Below, piece after piece: positions 39,480 through 53,917 of a stretch of DNA of 64,000 nucleotides. Below the pieces are notes generated by a model. That model made no database searches. It had not been told where the DNA came from and saw only the letters and a list, made by a program, of their open reading frames with translations. The DNA comes from Octopus sinensis (Eukaryota). The stretch lies in NCBI RefSeq assembly GCF_006345805.1, contig NC_043008.1, positions 54,870,001-54,934,000 on the forward strand. The letters run 5' to 3'. A program made the position numbers and the translations under genes. How positions within the stretch are numbered: the first letter of the stretch is position 1; every line of letters begins with the position of its first letter.

Positions 39480-39916
39480 AGACGATTACATCGGCCCTAG
39501 TGGTACTTATTTTTACCAACCCCAAACAGGTGATCTTGGCGGCATTTGAACTCAGAACCTAAAAACAGACGAAATGCCGCTAAGCTTTTAGTCGGCGTGC
39601 TAACGGTTCTGCCAGCTCGCCGCCTTATACGGAAACAGGTCGATACAAGTACCTATTTCTTTATTACCCACAAGGGGCTAAACACAGAGCGGACAAACAA
39701 GGACAGACATAGGTATTAAGTCGATTACATCGACCCCAGTGCGTAACTGGTACTTAATTTATCGACCCCGAAAGGATGAAAGGCAAAGTCGACCTCGGCG
39801 GAATTTGAACTCACAATGTAACGCAGACGAAATACCGCTAAGCATTTCGCCCGGTCGATACAAGTACCGCTAAGCACTTCGCCCGGTGTGTTAACGTTTC
39901 TGCCACCTCACCGCCT
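39480..39916 (-). mobile_element. SINE family D cluster (old variant plus young rearranged copy)
   Basis: A 16-bp duplication ggtcgatacaagtacc lies at 39638-39653 and 39853-39868. Confidence 0.8.
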
Positions 39917-40702
39917 TCTTATCACACAGAAGCAAACTTCTTATCACACAGCCAAACCTGCACTTCACGTAGCCTCTTGTTTCAAACTTTGAAATCAATA
40001 TGATTTTTGTTTATTGATTTGTGTTGTGTATATTATGTTTATGGGAACTGATACGATTTTAGGGAAATGTTTATAAAAAAAAAAGAGATAAGAAATTCGA
40101 TTAAACTATTGATTTATTAAAATCGAAATCGAATCTGTTGAGATCGGCGAGCTGGCAGAGTTGTTAGCACGTCGGACCAAACGCTAAGCGGCTTTTTTTT
40201 ATGTCCTTACGTTCTGAGTTCAAATTCCAAGAAGGTCATCTTTGCTTTTCATCCTTTCAGGATCTTTTTTTTAAATTTTTTTTATTACCCATTAAGGGCC
40301 AACATAGAGGTTAGGGCTATTTCATCCTTTCAGAATCGAGGAAATAAGTACCAGCTGTAAACTGGAGTCGATGTAATCCAAAAACCCGTTACCTTCAAAA
40401 TTGCAGGCCAGGTGCCTATAATGGAAAGGGCTTCAGAGGCAGTGAGTGTGCAGAATTGTTAGCACGTCGGACAATATACTTATTGGGATTTTTATCCGTC
40501 AGTACGTTCTGAGTTCAAATTCCTCCGAAGTCAACTTTGCCTTTCATCCTTTTAGGACCGATAAAATAAGCACCAGTTAAGCACTGGCGTTGTTGCAATC
40601 CACTGGCTCCCAACACCAAATTCGCCCCCTCCGCCTTCTTGCTTTCTTTAGCATTCGCTTTCACGCGACGAATTTTACGAACCGGTAATAAACAAGCATC
40701 AA

Positions 40703-41097
40703 TCTCTATATATACAAAGCTAAAGTTGTCTGTGTATGGCAGGTTTGGTAGCCTTCAACTAACACTATCTCCTCCGAGACTCTGCGGAGCAAGTTGACCA
40801 AAACTGACAGTATGATAGAAGAAGGCTTGCTCTTCCCTCCGTAGAAGAAAAAATTCAAATCGGACAATGTTAACACCAAAAATTATTTACATCAAAAAGG
40901 TGCTTTTTTTTCTATGAAAATCCCTATTTTTTATGATTTTTTTTCACTGCTGTGTTGCCATTTTTCGGTGTATTTCAACCAGAAAAAATGTTCACTTAAA
41001 GAGAATAACAAGCTACATAATGCAAAATTTTTACTTTTCCAAAATTCAATTCTAAAGGGTCGAAACAAACCCGAGCAACGCCGAGTGATACTGCTAG
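40703..41097 (+). mobile_element. Non-autonomous Helitron, family 1
   Basis: A|TC start, subterminal hairpin (cccgagcaacgccgag) and CTAG|T end. Confidence 0.8.
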
Positions 41098-41877
41098 TAA
41101 ATCAATAAATTTACATTGTTTCTATCCGAAGTGTTGTCAGCGACGACAGCTTTTACGTTCCAATCATTTCTTTCTTTTCTTTACTTTGTTGCTTCCCCTG
41201 TTTAACACCTACCAAGTAAATAACATTCAAACTTCGCAGCTGATCTTTAAACACCCTAGTTTATACGAACAAGTCCAGTAACTCCTTATTGTTATAGAGT
41301 TCTGTCCCTTGAATAATTTGCTGCGACGTTCGATTTGTTAAAGTTAAGAATGATTTAGTTGAAGTCGGCGTCGAACAGGCAGAACCGTTAAGCACGTTGA
41401 ATAAAATATTGGTCGAAATATGGTTAGTATATAATTCCACCAAGGTTGACTTTGTTTTTATTTTTTCAGGATCGATAACAGAGATACAATTTGGGCACTG
41501 GGATCAATGTAAGCGACTTATTCTCTCCCCAACAAATCTCAGGTCTATGGTACAAAAAAATTATTATCTTTGACTGACTTACTACTGTACTGGCTTTACT
41601 TAAAGTGAATTATACCACCTACTTTACACCATAGATAGCGGTCTAGGTGGTTCACATTTAAATGCTTAGACATAATTCTATAAAGAAGCATGACATGATA
41701 GCCCCACGTACTAGAGATAGCAGCCAAAAAGTGTATTTTCAGAATTACGTCTTCAAAATTTGTAAGGTTCATTAATATAATATACTCTGGGGTACATCCA
41801 ACTTAAGAAACTGGCGGGATGGCTGCGTTTGGAATATTTTTTTAATCATTGTACTGCGAGCAGAGCGCCTGTTTCAG

Positions 41878-41992
41878 GCTAAAAAACAAAAACAATAATT
41901 GGTTTGCCGTAGATATGGCACCAGGTCCAGTAGTAGAGTACAAACTGAACTGCGGACACCCTGGTTGTTTGTGCAACACTGATGTCACTAAC
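41878..41992 (+). CDS. Probable internal exon (LKNKNNNWFAVDMAPGPVVEYKLNCGHPGCLCNTDVTN), product unknown
   Basis: cctgtttcag acceptor, gtatgt donor and a 115-nt open frame with high-complexity peptide. Protein not recognised. Confidence 0.4.
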
Positions 41993-42022
41993 GTATGTAT
42001 TATTCACACACACACAAACACA

Positions 42023-42135
<113 letters not shown>

Positions 42136-42315
42136 GTCCCCAGTTGTTGACTGCCATGACACTGCATCCTTTAAGGCCCTTATGCTTTCCGAAATCCGTC
42201 GAAACTACACCTGATTATATATGCACTTTACATGAGTTGTAGTGCACCTGAGTACTGTACACAATGTTTATTATTATTATTATTATAATTTATGTAGATA
42301 TTATCCTTTATCTTG

Positions 42316-42500
42316 TGGAGGCACATGGCCTAGTGGTTAAAGCAGCGGACTCGCGGTCGAGGGCTCGCGGGTTTGAGTCTCAGACCGGACGATGTGTGTG
42401 TTTATGAGCGAAACACCTAAGCTCCACGAGGCTCCGGCAGAAGGTAATGGCGAATTTCTGCTGACTCTTTCGCCACAACTTATTCTCGCTCTTTCCTCCT
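42316..42500 (+). mobile_element. SINE family B-related head, older copy
   Basis: gtggaggcacatggcctagtggtt...cacctaagctccacgaggctccggcag. Confidence 0.7.
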
Positions 42501-42896
42501 GCATCTTGCAGCTCACCAGGCGTGGCTCGACAAGGAACAAACAACAATCTTTTATCTTAGAATGCGGCCACGCTGGAGCCTCATCTTAAAGTGTTTAGTC
42601 GAATAAATCGCCCCCAGTATTGTCTTATGTTGTTGTTTTAAAAGTCTAGTACTTATTCTGTCGGTGTGTTTTGATAAACTGCTATGTTATGAAAGTCGTA
42701 AACAAAACAACACCCGTTGTCAAGCAGTGACGGGAGGACATACACGAACACAGCCTCTTAGTAATGGACATCCGTGACACATGTATATACATGCATATAT
42801 TCACAGAAAAACAATAATACACACACACACATACACACTCTCACGCACACACTCACACACACACACATATATGCATTTATATGTATTTGTATACAT

Positions 42897-43030
42897 TCCC
42901 TTGGATAACATTGATGGCATGGAGAGGAGAGGCTGGTATGCATGGGCGACTGCTGGTCTTCCATAAACAACCTTGCCCGGACTTGTGTCTAGGAGGGAAA
43001 CATTTTAAGAGCAATCTCATGGTCATTCAT
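42897..43030 (+). mobile_element. RTE-like module (tail Z)
   Basis: gcatgggcgactgctggtcttccataaacaaccttgcccggacttgtgtctaggaggg is the reverse complement of about 11790-11870. Confidence 0.55.
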
Positions 43031-43380
43031 TACCCTTTACATACATACATACACACACATACATACATACATGCACACACACATACATACATGCATACAT
43101 ACATACATACACACATACATACATACATACATACATACACACACATACATACATACACACACATACATACATACATACATACACACACATACATACATAC
43201 ATACATACACACATACATACATACATACACACATACATACATACATACACACATACATACTTATATACATACATACATACATACATACATACATACATAC
43301 ATACATACATACATACATACACACATACATACATGCACACATACATATAGGTGTATCTACATGCATAGTTGTACTGAATA

Positions 43381-43540
43381 TCTATTATATATAATCCGTT
43401 GTCTGTGTGTGTGTCTTGGGCATCCTCCATCCGATTGCGCTCAAATTTTATATGTAGATACCAACGATATCAGGGCATGTATAAGTCTTGAAAAAATTAC
43501 AAAAATCGATTCCAGGTCAGAATGCGATCGATAAAGCCGT
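43381..43540 (+). mobile_element. Helitron-like 5' end fragment
   Basis: A|TCtattatatataa start like the other Helitrons. No CTAG end found nearby. Confidence 0.35.
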
Positions 43541-44152
43541 TTTTGTCAACCTGTACATAACAGCACCTTCCATTTTTTGTTTGTTTTTGTACTGCTTAAA
43601 GGCACGTTTCTTTCCTGCCAAGCTTACTATTTAAACCATGTTTGTGTTCTCCCAGTCAACAGCCTTATCATTACTGGTACGTTAAACTCTTCGGTTGCAT
43701 ATTTGTGTGAATAAAATCGTTTTTCTTTGGAATAGAAAAAAAGTCTATCTTTATGTCTTAAATTTAGGTTAAATCAGTGTTTCTCAAAGGGGAGGCCTAT
43801 GGGGCGGTCGGACAAGCTGTTTTGAGAAAATTTGGTTTAAATGTTTCACAACTCAACACCATCCATTAGACGGGGGGCGTTTTGCATATCAGAATGCACA
43901 TATACTAATCGATTGTAATAGCCAGACTGACCAACTTTACAAACAATATCGTCACTGTCAACGACTACATAGGGCTCTGCCATCGGCAACACCTTTTACC
44001 TCCTTCCTCTCCTTAGCTCACACGTTTTTCGTTTGATGTCTGTATCCATTATAAGCAATACACACAAACAGGAGTGGTTGTGCAGATGTTTAGTTGCATA
44101 GTTTTGATCCACACAAATCAATGATTTGTAGTTTTCTTTAAATAACGTGCAA

Positions 44153-44312
44153 GGCGTAGGAGTGGCTGTGTGGTGAGTAGCTTGCTTATGAACCACATGG
44201 TTCCGGGTTCAGTCCCACTGCGTGGCACCTTGGGCAAGTGTCTTCTACTATAGCCACGGGCCGACCAAAGCCTTGTGAGTGGATTTGGTAGACGGAAACT
44301 GAAAGAAACCTG

Positions 44313-44351
<39 letters not shown>

Positions 44352-44578
44352 TGTATGTGTGTGTATATGTTTGTATGTCTGTGTTTGTCCCCCTCAACAT
44401 CGCTTGACAACCGATGCTGGTGTGTTTATGTCCCCGTAACTTAGCAGTTCGGCAAAAGAGACCGATAGAATAAGTACTAGGCTTACAAAGAATTAGTCCT
44501 GGTGTCGATGTGCTCGAGTAAAAGGCAGTGCTCCAGCATGGCCACAGTCAAATGACTGAAAGAAGTAAAAGAGTAAAA
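44153..44578 (+). mobile_element. SINE family A, full length
   Basis: Head ggcgtaggagtggctgtgtgg and tail gagtaaaag. Confidence 0.85.
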
Positions 44579-44608
44579 GTGTAAACTTCTAATTTTGATA
44601 ACAATAAA

Positions 44609-44914
44609 TCTTTATATATAAAACTGTAGTTGTGTGTGTGTCTGTCTCCTCCGATTTAGATTCCTAACTACTCCCACATTTCGCGGTGCAGTTTAACCAA
44701 AAACGGGTATCTTATAGTCGTGATTCATATCAAGCTCTTCTTGGTATTAGTGCGCGTCTACGATGAGTCTACGATTTAAAAAACAATTTACCATCATTTT
44801 TTCCCATTTTTAATCCATTTTTCGCTCGGTTTTATATAAGGGAAGTAACTCTCTAAACATGCTTATATAGTTATTTCCCTTACAAATCCGAGCAACGCCG
44901 GGCGATACTGCTAG
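44609..44914 (+). mobile_element. Non-autonomous Helitron, family 2
   Basis: A|TC start and ...ccgagcaacgccgggcgatactgCTAG|T end. The interior is unrelated to family 1. Confidence 0.8.
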
Positions 44915-45009
44915 TGTTTGATAAAATTAAGCATGTTAGAAATTATAGAGCGCTTCACAAAATGTCCCAAATACTTCGTTTGAAGCCACAAAATTCTGTG
45001 TTCACTTCC

Positions 45010-45277
45010 CACTGGGGTCGATATAATCGACTTAATCCATTTGTCTGTCCTTGTTTGTCCTCTCTGTGTTTATCCCCTTGTGGGTAGTGAAGAAATAGGT
45101 ATTTCGTCTGCCATTACGTTCTGAGTTCAAATTCCGCCGAGGTCGACTTTACCTTTCATCCTTTCGGGGTCGATTAAATAAGTACCAGTTATGCACTGGG
45201 GTTGATGTAATCGAATTAATCCATTTGTCTGTCCTTGTTTGTCCCTTCTATGTTTAGCCCCTTGTGGGCAATAAAGA
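45010..45277 (+). mobile_element. SINE family D tandem (partial unit plus unit)
   Basis: Junction agaaata|ggtatttc at 45097/45098. Confidence 0.85.
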
Positions 45278-45310
45278 ATTAATTATATTATTATTATTAT
45301 TATTATTATA

Positions 45311-45343
<33 letters not shown>

Positions 45344-47063
45344 CTATTATATATATATATATTATAATATATACACATATGTATGTTTGTATGTATGTAT
45401 GTATGTATGTATGTATGTATGTATATACGTGTTTCTGTGGGTGATTGTGTATGCCCCTTCAAAGTGCTTGAAAACCGGTATTGGTTCATTGACGTCCACC
45501 TAACTTAACGGTTTCGGCAAATGAAATCGATAGAATAAATATCAACTTTTCGAGTAAAAGAAAAATCAAGAACGAACCAAATATTTAGGTTACGGGGTCG
45601 ATTTGTTCGACTAACCCTTTCAAGGCGACGCTTCCCCGCCTATCCCCTGCATGGGGATCCCGTAGTTTAAACTTCGCTTTTCGTGTGTGAGGAATAAATA
45701 AATAAATAAATAAATAAAAGCGTAGCAGCGACGTATGGCGTTCCTGTACACATCCAATGCAACCCAGGAAAAGATAAATCCGTGACTTGATTCTTTATTA
45801 AACTATTTCGTTTCAACTGGCTTCTACACGGCCTTTGTAAATGGCACGAACGCAACACCATTTCCTTACACTAACCTTATAGTCAGCCGGTGTTTTGGTA
45901 TTAAATCACTGAAATCTTTTAAACGAATGAATAAATGCTATGTAAGCATTCCTGAAAGTAAACCTGAAAGGAATCAAAGCTTTTATTCTATTACCAGGTT
46001 AATAAATCTGCAAAACATACTCGACTGATAGTATTAGAAAATATCTTTGTGTGTGTGCGTGTGTGAAAAACAATTCATTATAAATATTGACTTCAAATGT
46101 TAACACTAGGCTAGCGACTTCAGGGGAGGGGGTAGTCGATAATGCTATCGACTTCGAAAGGATGAAAGGCAAAGTCAATCTCGGTGGAATTTGAACTGAG
46201 AACGTAAAAATGGATGCATCGTACTTAGTATTTAAAAAAAATGCATTTCCAATATTTCAGAGAATCGAATAAGTACCGGACTTACAGGGCAGCGAACAAA
46301 CGGAATTGGACACAGTAATGGCTGTGTGGTTAAGAAGCTCGTAGTTTCAGGTTCTGTCCCACAGCATAGCATCTTGTGCAAGAGTCTCTGCTGTAAGCCA
46401 AAACCGACCAATAAACATATATATATATATATACATACATACATACCTACATGTGTGTATGTATTTGTCACTCCCATCTCACCACTTGACAAACAGGTGT
46501 TGGTTTGTTTACATTCACGTTGCTGAGTGGTTTGGCAAGAGAGCTCGATGGAATAAGTACCAGACCTACAATAAATAAATAAACTTTAAGTACTGGCGGC
46601 TATTTGTTCGACAATTATACTTCTAGATGGTGTCCCGGCATGACTGAAACAAAAGGTAAGAAATTACACTGCCGAGGTCAACTTCGCCGGTTGCCTCGAC
46701 ACAAATCATTGTTTTATTAATTTTCTATTTTTATTCATCCAATCATGTGACAGAATTCTATCATGTCACGTTTTCCTACTCTCACATCGTTTACCATGTA
46801 GCTTAACCTATTCATCCAATCGTGTGACACTTTGACTCTGGCTGGTGACATTTTTTTATACATTGGCTCCTTTTATGGATTTCTTCTTGTTTCACCACGG
46901 AGCGCTTGTTTTTACTACAGTCTTATTTACTTACATCGTGGACAATTGGAATTTCAGTTTACCATTTTACATTTCCTTTTGGAATTATTGCAATATTTTT
47001 CGTTCATTAATAAAATCATTATTTGAGCATAATATCATTATTCGTTCCTACTTTATAACATAA

Positions 47064-47454
47064 CTAGCAGTATCGCCCGGCGTTGCTCGGGTTTGTTTCG
47101 ACCCTTTAGAATTGAAATTTTTGAAAGTAAAAATTTTACATTATGTAGCTTGTTATTCTCTTTAAGTGAACATTTTTCTGGTTGAAATACACCAAAAAAT
47201 GGCGACACAGCAGTCAAAAAAATCATAAAAAATAGGGATTTTCATAGAAAAAAATGCACCTTTTTGCTGTAAATAATATTTGGTGTTAACATGGTCTGAT
47301 TTGAATCTTTTCTTCTAAGGAAGAAAGAGCAAGCCTTCTTCTATCATACTCTCAGTTTTGGTCAACTTGCGCCACAGGGTCTCGGAGGAGATAGTGTTAG
47401 TTGAAGGCTACCAAACCTGCCATACACAGACAACTTCAGCTTTATAAAGAGAGA
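47064..47454 (-). mobile_element. Non-autonomous Helitron, family 1 (second copy)
   Basis: Reverse complement of 40703-41097 with scattered mismatches. A|TC and CTAG|T boundaries present. Confidence 0.8.
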
Positions 47455-47619
47455 TTTGACGACGAGAGTATGTACAAACTAATGTAAATCTCATTAACTT
47501 GTTGCACATGCATCAAGAGTCCTTAGCATTGCAAAAATAACAGCATTAACTTCGAAGATTAGGCAGTCAAATCCAACTACATCGATTAGCAGTTAAAGCA
47601 GCATCATTTCAAAAGTTTT

Positions 47620-48130
47620 CGACAAGCTTCCTTCCTTTGAATATGATGTACAAAACGAATTTTGCATCTTGGCGTAACTGTTATCAAGGTATTTTTGTCA
47701 CTGAAGCATCGCAACTAGATTATTCAAGTGAAGTAAGACTCCTTGAGTGCAACAAGTACTTTAACTTTGCGTTACTCAAATATCCTAATGTATTTGACTT
47801 TAAAACTATGGTGGACGTACTTACAAACATGTTTGGTGAGACATCTTCATTGCTCACCATCAGATATAAATGTCTGAAATTACAAAAACGCCCCGAAGAC
47901 GATTTCATCTGATGGGCGTATAACAAAACAAGCGAAAATTTAAAAGACAGACAATGATTGATGACCAATTTAAGAATTTAATTTTCATAACTGGCCTGAC
48001 GTCAGCAAGGAATGATGATATAAGAACTCATGCCCTTAATCAAATTGGACACATCTGATGACATTACCTTAATTACAACAATCAATGAGTGAATATCAAT
48101 GACTAGTTAATATTAAGCATGATACTCAAA
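47620..48130 (+). pseudogene. Gypsy-type LTR retrotransposon gag remnant
   Basis: LPSFEYD, FKTMVDVLTNMFGETSSLLTIRYKCLKLQKRPEDDFI and DQFKNLIFITGL resemble K02A2.6-like gag. Stops and frameshifts are present. Confidence 0.65.
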
Positions 48131-49206
48131 TGATACAAAATTCTGCAGGAAATGAAATTATTTAATTTTTTTTTGTCTGACAAAGGAAACTGCCTTCTCT
48201 TCTTTCCAGGCCGAATGGAGATTTCCTATTTTATGAATTTATCTGAATAACTCATTAAAGGAACTGTGTTGAATTAAATCACCAACGCACTTCTTTCTAC
48301 CTTTGTAGGTACATTTCTGTTGCCCCTCTGTCTCGAGAAACAATGGAGTTTTGCACCACTGGTCAGCAACAGAGATGACCTCTCAAGGGAGCAAGCCAGG
48401 GTTAGCTCTGTGGTGATCCAGAGTGACCGAGACACCAGAATTTCTCTTTCAATATCGCTAGTGTTATCTGAAGGAGTACAGAATATTATAACTAGTACCA
48501 ATTAGGCTACAGGAGTTGTTAGAATTTAAGAAAAATGACAAACCGCCTTTGAGATTCTACACTGGATTTATTATGAAGTTTACTCCCTAGCTGATGTCTC
48601 ACAAAACTGAGACTCGAATTATCCATGGCTGAGTTTCCGTAACCGTGGATAGTGTCTCATGGAACGTATTGTTAGTCGCAGCCAGTTAAACCCAAGACTA
48701 GTGTCAAGCAGAATAACCACACTCCGAAAACATGTATTAAAGTTACAACTCACCACCCTCATAAGTACAGCTCATATCGATTTAGTCTTGCACTCCATAC
48801 TCGGAAACACTTCACTTGTCCGAGTTATATTTAAATAACGTATTGTATGTTAGATTGAAAAATATCTACAAATTGTGAAAATCATAGACGCCCATCGAAT
48901 ATTGGTCATTAGTCAAAAACATCTGCCGGTTAGACATTCATTTAGCGTTATTTTGTTTTGCTTTTGGTATTTGCTTTTCATATTTTAGTTCATATTTTCT
49001 CACCTCAGTTTGATGACTTCATATTATATTTGTTTCAATAACTGCCAGACTGTATTATAGAGTTAGAGAGTTTAAAGAAACAGACATTGTCATACTGACG
49101 AGAGGAGAATCAGAGTTAACGTGTTATTGATGAATTAAGCATTGCCTGTCAAATGGAGCGGTTTTGATTATTATAAAATATAATGGTTAGTATTATTAGG
49201 ACAATA

Positions 49207-49790
49207 AAGGCGGCAAGCTAACAGAATCGATCGCACGCCCGGAAAAATTCTTAGCGGTATTTCGTCTGCCGTTACGTTCTGAGTTCAAATTCCGCCGGGG
49301 TCGACTTTGCCTTTCATCCTTTCGGGGTCGATAAATTAAGGACCAGTTACGCACTGGGGTCGATATAATCGACTTAATCCGTTTATCTGCCCTTGTTTGT
49401 CCTCTCTGTATTTAACCCCTTGTGGGTAGTAAAGAAATAGGTATTTCGTCCGTCCTTCCTTGCGTTTTGAGTTCAAATTCCGCCGAGGTCGACTTTGCCT
49501 TTCATCCTTTCGGGGTTGATTAAATAAGTACCAGTTACGCACTGGGGTCAGTATAATCGACTTAATCTGTTTGTCTACCCTTGTTTGTCCTCTCTGTGTT
49601 TAGCCCCTTGTGGGTCGTAAAGAAATAGGTATTTCGTCTGCCGCTACGTTTTGAGTTCAAATTCCGCCGAGGTCGACTTTGCCCTTCATTCTTTCGTGGT
49701 CGATAAAATAAGTACCAGTTGAACACTGGCGTTAACTTAATCGACCATCCACCTCAAAATTGCTGGCCTTGTGACAAATTTTGAAACCAG
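49207..49790 (+). mobile_element. SINE family D trimer
   Basis: Junctions at 49439/49440 and 49627/49628. Middle unit 188 bp. Confidence 0.85.
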
Positions 49791-50026
49791 TATCATAAAA
49801 GCAATAATGGCGGTGAGCTGGCAGAATCGTTGGCCTGTCGGACAAAATGCTTAAAAGTTTTCTTCAAGCTTTTCGATTTGAGATCAAAATTGCGCCGAGG
49901 TCGACTTTGCCTTCTATCCTTCCGAAGTCGATAAAAGAAGTCCCAGCTGAGAACTGGGGGGTCATTGTAATCGACTTACCCCTCCCCTAAACTTGCTAGC
50001 TTTGTGGCGAAATTCGAAACATTACA

Positions 50027-50091
<65 letters not shown>

Positions 50092-50310
50092 CATCATCAT
50101 AAAGGCGGGGAGCTGGCAGAATCGTTGGCTTAGCGGCCTTTCGTTCGTCCTTCCTTACGTTCTGAATTCAAATTCCACCGAGCTCGACATTGCTTTACGT
50201 CCATTCGGAGTGGATAAAATAAGTACCAGTTGAGTACTGGGGTCGATGTAAAAATTGTAGGCCTCCCCAAATATTTTAGGCCTTGTGCCTATAGTAGAAA
50301 GGACCATTAT

Positions 50311-51940
50311 TATTATTTTTATTGTTTTACTTCTCAGAGCGCTCGATCTTGTTTGCGCTGGTATATTCTGTGAGAGCGGATAGCAGCCTGCTGTCAGAGG
50401 TCTCAAAGGGTTTCTTTCCGCACATTATAAGCTCTGATACTTGGTGGTTAATTATCGTAGGAGACATTCAAAATCCAAGTACCACTCTCAAACTCCTAGC
50501 TGTCCCCAACAGAGCAGTTTTGGAGGCTTGCTCTGCTCTCGTGTCAATTCTGATTTCTCTGACATATTTCTCGAACTTGGTGGTTAGTGCTCCGTGTGCC
50601 CCCTATAACTACTGGAATGACAAACACTCTCCTCGTACACCATATTCTTACAATTTTGTCTTTTACTAGTCTGTACTTTTCAATCTTTTCTAGTTGTTTG
50701 TCACTTATGCGTGCATCCTAGCTATTGCAATATCTATAATCTTGATTTTCTATTTTCCTTTATCTACCACAACAATATCTGGTCACCGAGCCTCGATTAA
50801 AGATTAAAGAGTCACATTGGCTTGTAAGATCCCACAATATCTTACATTCCTTGATCTTGGTAACTCCTGGTTCATGCTCGTACCATTTCCGTGCTCTGTC
50901 CAGGTCGTACTTTTCATATAGCCTCCAGTGGACGAACTTAGCCCCGTTATCGTGCCTCCTTTTGTTGTGCTTTTGAGCCAGCTTGCTACACTCACACACA
51001 ATATGTGAGTCTGTTTTGTTTTTGCCGCCACAAATCCCACAAAGGGTCGATTCGCTTCTCTTATCTATATGGAACTTGGTGTAATTAGTTCTCAGAGCAT
51101 GTCCTTGGGCGATGCATATCAATGCCTCAGCGCATCCTTTCAGATACCTTTTTCTTAGCCATCTTCAAGTGTTGATTTTGTCTTTTCCTTCGATTTCTCT
51201 GAGGTATTGCCCATGCAGTGATTTCATTTTCCCAATTGTTTACTCATTTCTCTTCATCTTGTTTCTTAAATATTTATGGTGCATTAGTGGAGGCGCAATG
51301 GCCCAGTGGTTAGGGCAGCGGACTCGCGGTCATAGGATCGCGGTTTCGATTCTCAGACCGGGCGTTGTGAGTGTTTATTGAGCGAAAACACCTAAAGCTC
51401 CACGAGGCTCCGGCAGGGGATGGTGGTGATCCCTGCTGTACTCTTTCACCACAACATTCTCTCACTCTTACTTCCTGTTTCTGTTATACCTGTATTTCAA
51501 AGGGCCGGCCTTGTCACTCTCTGTGTCACGCTGAATATCCCCGAGAACTACGTTAAGGGTACACGTGTCTGTGGAGTGCTCAGCCACTTACACGTTAATT
51601 TCACGAGCAGGCTGTTCCGTTGATTCGGATCAACCGGAATTCTCGTCGTCGTAACCGACGGAGTGCTTCACATTTTCGGTAGGGATTATATTGTTAATTC
51701 TTAATAGCGGCAAGCAATAATTCACTCTGCTGTTTGATGTACCATCTCAGACTGTTCTTCTCGTTGACAACACAGATCTTGCATCCTATGAGGCGTCTTC
51801 CTCCCCTGTTCCTAGGCCCATGCGGCTTGTCAGTATCACTTTTGAGGTGTAGTTTCTTATTAATTATCATCCCTTTTCTGGTTTTCCTGTCCATTGTCTC
51901 AAGCTCGTTCAACACCTAACAACACTTGCGGCATATCGCA
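50311..51940 (-). pseudogene. 5'-truncated R4/Dong-like LINE (RT thumb, CCHC, RLE region)
   Basis: ELETMDRKTRK..LHLKSDTDK...RGGRRLIGC (51694-51915) and LRTNY..CGICGGK..SHIVCECSKLAQK..RRHD..KFVHW (50760-51122). Both ends abut (ATT)n. Confidence 0.8.
51287..51670 (+). mobile_element. SINE family B head with tail Y, inserted in the R4-like LINE
   Basis: Near-identical to 35499-35890. Confidence 0.9.
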
Positions 51941-52175
51941 TTATTATTATTATTATTACTAAAACACCGGGCAATATGAATAGTGGCGTTTCGTCCGTCT
52001 TCACGTTCTGAGTTCAAATTCCACTGATGTCAATTTTGCTTTTCGTCCTTTCGGGGTCGATAAATTAAGTACCAGTGAAACACTAGGGTCGATGTAATCG
52101 ACTAGTCCCCTTCTCCAAAATTTCGGGCCCTTGTGTCTTTAGTTGAAAGGATTATCATCATCATCATCCTCATCC

Positions 52176-52209
<34 letters not shown>

Positions 52210-52214
52210 TATTA

Positions 52215-52282
<68 letters not shown>

Positions 52283-52807
52283 TACTTTTAATCTGCATGT
52301 TTGTTACAATCACTCGCCGAGACACACCCAGCATCCTAGGGCGAGTGAGGGATAAGAGATACTACAGTATGACTGAAAGTTTGAAGAGGAGGAGTGACAG
52401 GGGCAGTAGGTATATATCTTCATGTAATACAACTCAGGCATTTAAATTGGTAGGGTTTTTTTCTAAGGATGTGGGCAGTACTTGTCAGCACAATCTTTTG
52501 GATTTCTCTGAAACGTGATTCTCCAGTGATATTATCTAGATGTTTCTGACATTCCTTTCTTATCATATTAAGGACACCCACAAAAACAAGAACAGTTCTT
52601 GCTTAACGACGCCAAATCTTTTGTATTTCAATTTCCAGGTCCTTATATTTACTTAATTTGTCAAATTCCTTCGCAGATATATTGTTATCAGTGGGAACAC
52701 TTACATCAATTATTCATATATTTTTATCAGTGGAAACATTTACATCTATTATTATTATTATTATTTATTATATTATATTATTATTATTGTTGTTGTTGTT
52801 GTGTTGT

Positions 52808-52895
<88 letters not shown>

Positions 52896-53102
52896 ACATA
52901 CATAGATACATACATACATACATACATACATACATACACACATACACACATACATACATACATACATACATACATACATACACCCATACATACACACATA
53001 CATACATACATACATACATACATACATACATACATACATCTTAAATGAAAGTATTTATTATTATTATTATTATTATGAAAGTATTTATTATTATTATTAT
53101 TA

Positions 53103-53137
<35 letters not shown>

Positions 53138-53282
53138 TACACATACATAGATACATACATACATACATACATACATACATACACTCATACATACATACAT
53201 ACATACATACATACACCCATACATACACACATACATACATACATACATACATACATACATACATACATACATACATACATAC

Positions 53283-53402
53283 ATCTTAAATGAAAGTATT
53301 TATTTGTGTTAATTGCTTGAAGAACAATGAATATGTTGCGACTTATAACAGTATGACTAAACAGAATATGTAAAGAAAAGTATAACGTTACCGGCAGTAT
53401 TT
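53283..53402. repeat. 120-bp unique segment with an exact inverted copy at 58790-58909
   Basis: Base-by-base reverse-complement match. The adjacent (CATA)n arrays share the same interruptions. Confidence 0.9.
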
Positions 53403-53460
53403 AATTTCAGATGCCACCCAAATCCTTCCTCACATATTCGTCGCCTTGGTAGCAGATGTA

Positions 53461-53517
<57 letters not shown>

Positions 53518-53784
53518 CGTATGTGCCTGTGTATGTGTGTTTTTTTTCATGCGCGCGAGCGTTAGGTACGAGTATGTAAAGTACAGAGAAGGAGTTTTGT
53601 TGTCCACTTAGTGAAAGTTGAAAAAGTAGTATTTAGAATCTCTATATAGACATGGAGATGTGTGCCAAGAAGTTTGCTTCCCAACTACATGGTTCCGGGT
53701 TCAGTCCTACTGCATGGTACCTTGAGCAAGCGTCTTCCATTATAGCCTCGAGTAGAGTTGGTGGACAAAAGCTGAAAGATACCC

Positions 53785-53886
<102 letters not shown>

Positions 53887-53917
53887 GTATATTCTCTCCT
53901 TGTTTTTTTCTGTGTCC

